From Synechococcus sp. (GTDB taxonomy: Bacteria; Cyanobacteriota; Cyanobacteriia; PCC-6307; Cyanobiaceae): a DNA stretch of 64,000 nt. Below the pieces are notes generated by a model. That model saw only the letters and a program-made list of their open reading frames with translations, had not been told where the DNA came from and made no database searches. A program made the translations under genes and the position numbers. This document shows, one piece after another, positions 62,310 to 64,000 of the stretch (its first letter is position 1; the number at the start of each line of letters is the position of its first letter). The stretch is from positions 608,001 to 672,000 of the forward strand of contig JBJBEO010000001.1 in the NCBI GenBank assembly GCA_047284725.1, in the 5' to 3' direction.

Positions 62310-62819
62310 ATGGACACCCAGACCTCATGCGCTGGAGCTGCCTCCGCGCTCTTCGATGCCCATATGCAGGCCGAACTGGCCGGCGATCTTGATGCCACCA
62401 TGGCCACCATGGTGCCCGAACCGCATCTGCTCAACCTTGGTTCAGGTACGGGCGGACAAGGCCATGGGGAGGTGCGTCGCTTTTATGCCGAGCAACTGAT
62501 CGGCCAGTTTTTTCCTCCGGATGCGAAATTTCTGCCGATCTCGCGCACGATTGATGGGGACCGGTTGGTCGATGAAGTGGTGATTCACTTCACCCATACC
62601 AAGGCCATCGATCATTTCCTGCCTGGTGTTCCCCCCACAGGACGCGAGGCAAAGGTGGCTGTGGTGGTGATCGTTGGCCTCCAGGACGGCAGAGTCAGCT
62701 ACGAACACATCTACTGGGATCAGGCCGGACTGTTGGTGCAGTTGGGGCTCTTGGACGGGTCCAACCTGCCGATCGATCCCACCACGCCTGAGCGCTTGCT
62801 CACGATGGTGGGGCACTGA
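62310..62819 (+). CDS. SnoaL/NTF2-like ester cyclase-family protein
   Basis: DATMATMV, RTI...VDE, LPGVPPTG and EHIYWDQA..LVQLGLL. Confidence 0.75.
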   Translation: MDTQTSCAGAASALFDAHMQAELAGDLDATMATMVPEPHLLNLGSGTGGQGHGEVRRFYAEQLIGQFFPPDAKFLPISRTIDGDRLVDEVVIHFTHTKAIDHFLPGVPPTGREAKVAVVVIVGLQDGRVSYEHIYWDQAGLLVQLGLLDGSNLPIDPTTPERLLTMVGH

Positions 62820-62823
62820 CCGA

Positions 62824-63426
62824 TCAGGCGTCGTTCGGGTGAGCGATCACCCGGTCGATCAAGCCATAGTTCTTCGCTTCCTCGGCACTGAGGAAGTAAT
62901 CACGGTCGGTGTCCTTCTCGATCTGCTCAAAACTCTGACCGGTCATGTCTGCCATGGACCGATTGAGCATCTCCTTCATGCGAAGGATTTCACGGGCTTC
63001 GATTTCGATGTCACTGGCCTGGCGCTGAGCCGTTCCTCCCAAAGGCTGGTGGATCATGATCCGGCTGTGGGGAAGTGCTAGCCGCTTGCCTTTGGTGCCA
63101 GCACTTAATAGGAACGCACCCATGGAAGCAGCCAAGCCCACGCAGATGGTCACCACATCGCTCTTGACGTACTGCATGGTGTCGTAAATCGCCAACCCAG
63201 CAGTCACTGACCCCCCTGGCGAGTTGATGTAGAGATAGATCGGCTTGCTGCTGTCTTCGGAATCGAGATAAAGCATCTGAGCCACCAGGCTGTTGGCGAC
63301 AGAGTCATTCACCTCCGAACCCAGAAAGAGAATGCGCTCAACTCCGAGGCGGGTGTAGATGTCAACCCAGCGCTCCATCTGGCTGCCGGGGAGACGGTAA
63401 GGAACACTGGGAGTACCGATCGGCAT
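62824..63426 (-). CDS. clpP: ATP-dependent Clp protease proteolytic subunit
   Basis: [15 protein letters not shown] (catalytic Ser), MIHQP and DRDYF. Confidence 0.95.
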   Translation of the reverse strand: MPIGTPSVPYRLPGSQMERWVDIYTRLGVERILFLGSEVNDSVANSLVAQMLYLDSEDSSKPIYLYINSPGGSVTAGLAIYDTMQYVKSDVVTICVGLAASMGAFLLSAGTKGKRLALPHSRIMIHQPLGGTAQRQASDIEIEAREILRMKEMLNRSMADMTGQSFEQIEKDTDRDYFLSAEEAKNYGLIDRVIAHPNDA

Positions 63427-63488
63427 GGGTCGAGAAGGGGCGGAAAGAACGAGTGCGAGAGACGTGGACTACGCCGGAGGGATGGCGC

Positions 63489-64000
63489 TCAAGCGGAGGG
63501 AGTGGGCAGATCCTTGCGGCTGGTGAGCACGCGATCGATCAGGCCGTACTCCACGGCTTGCTCCGGGGTGAGGTAGCTCATCCGGTCGGAATCCTGGGAG
63601 AGCTGTTCGACGCTGCGGCCGGTGTTCTCCGAGAGGATCTCCAGCATGGATCGCTTGTTGTGCAGTACCTCTTTGGCTCGGATCTGAATGTCGGTGGCCT
63701 GGCCGCGTGCACCACTGCGGGGCTGATGCAGAACGATCGAGGAGTGGGGGAGTGCAGCCCGCTGGCCTTTGGTGCCGGCGGAGAGGATCACCGCAGCTGT
63801 GCCCATGGCCTGGCCGATACAGATGGTGTGGACCGGGGGCTTCACGTAGCGAAGGGTGTCGCAGATGGCGAACGCTTCGGTTTCAAAGCCGATGGCATCG
63901 CCGGAATACCAACTGGTGCCTGTGGAGTTGATGTAGAAGTAAATCGGCTTCTCAGGATTGTCGAATTCCAGGTAGAGCAGCTGGGCAATGATCAGCTCCG
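63489..64000 (-). CDS. clpR: ClpR-type non-catalytic Clp subunit (5' part outside window)
   Basis: YINSTG and GQAMGTAA (no catalytic Ser), directly upstream of clpP. Confidence 0.85.
   Translation of the reverse strand, partial: ELIIAQLLYLEFDNPEKPIYFYINSTGTSWYSGDAIGFETEAFAICDTLRYVKPPVHTICIGQAMGTAAVILSAGTKGQRAALPHSSIVLHQPRSGARGQATDIQIRAKEVLHNKRSMLEILSENTGRSVEQLSQDSDRMSYLTPEQAVEYGLIDRVLTSRKDLPTPSA

Overview
GC-rich chromosomal window that looks like a marine picocyanobacterium (Synechococcus-like, inferred from chlG, petP-like, hpf/lrtA, the clpP/clpR pair and gene order). The backbone is mostly housekeeping: proC end, recO, deoC, lipB, aas, pdhC, queA, cysK plus two transsulfuration enzymes, rpsD, murE, mqo, lepA, trmH, rsmB, a class A PBP, chlG, hisF, menG, glyQ, comEC, tRNA-Ser(CGA), cbiB, ilvC and clpP/R. 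Three accessory blocks interrupt it. (1) 17.6-21.1 kb: a prokaryotic pentameric ligand-gated ion channel sits head-to-head with an orphan LivJ-type periplasmic binding protein, followed by a Ca2+/H+ antiporter with non-canonical ion-site motifs. This is my best candidate for an undescribed ligand-to-ion-flux signalling system. (2) 22.5-24.9 kb: an AT-rich leishmanolysin (M8)-like zinc protease. (3) 29.5-43.2 kb: a type IV pilus locus. It has an AT-rich, apparently swappable cassette bounded by the lepA 3' end and the pilA 5' end, holding large minor pilins (one with RTX-like repeats, one frameshifted at an A5 run), a Wzy_C O-oligosaccharyltransferase-like gene and a major pilin ending in Ser. 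Next to it are a second GC-rich minor-pilin set, two histidine kinases and one OmpR regulator. pilA and the protease share an 11-bp-periodic triple-repeat upstream box. All calls come from motif recognition without database searches. GC statements are visual estimates and several start codons are uncertain.
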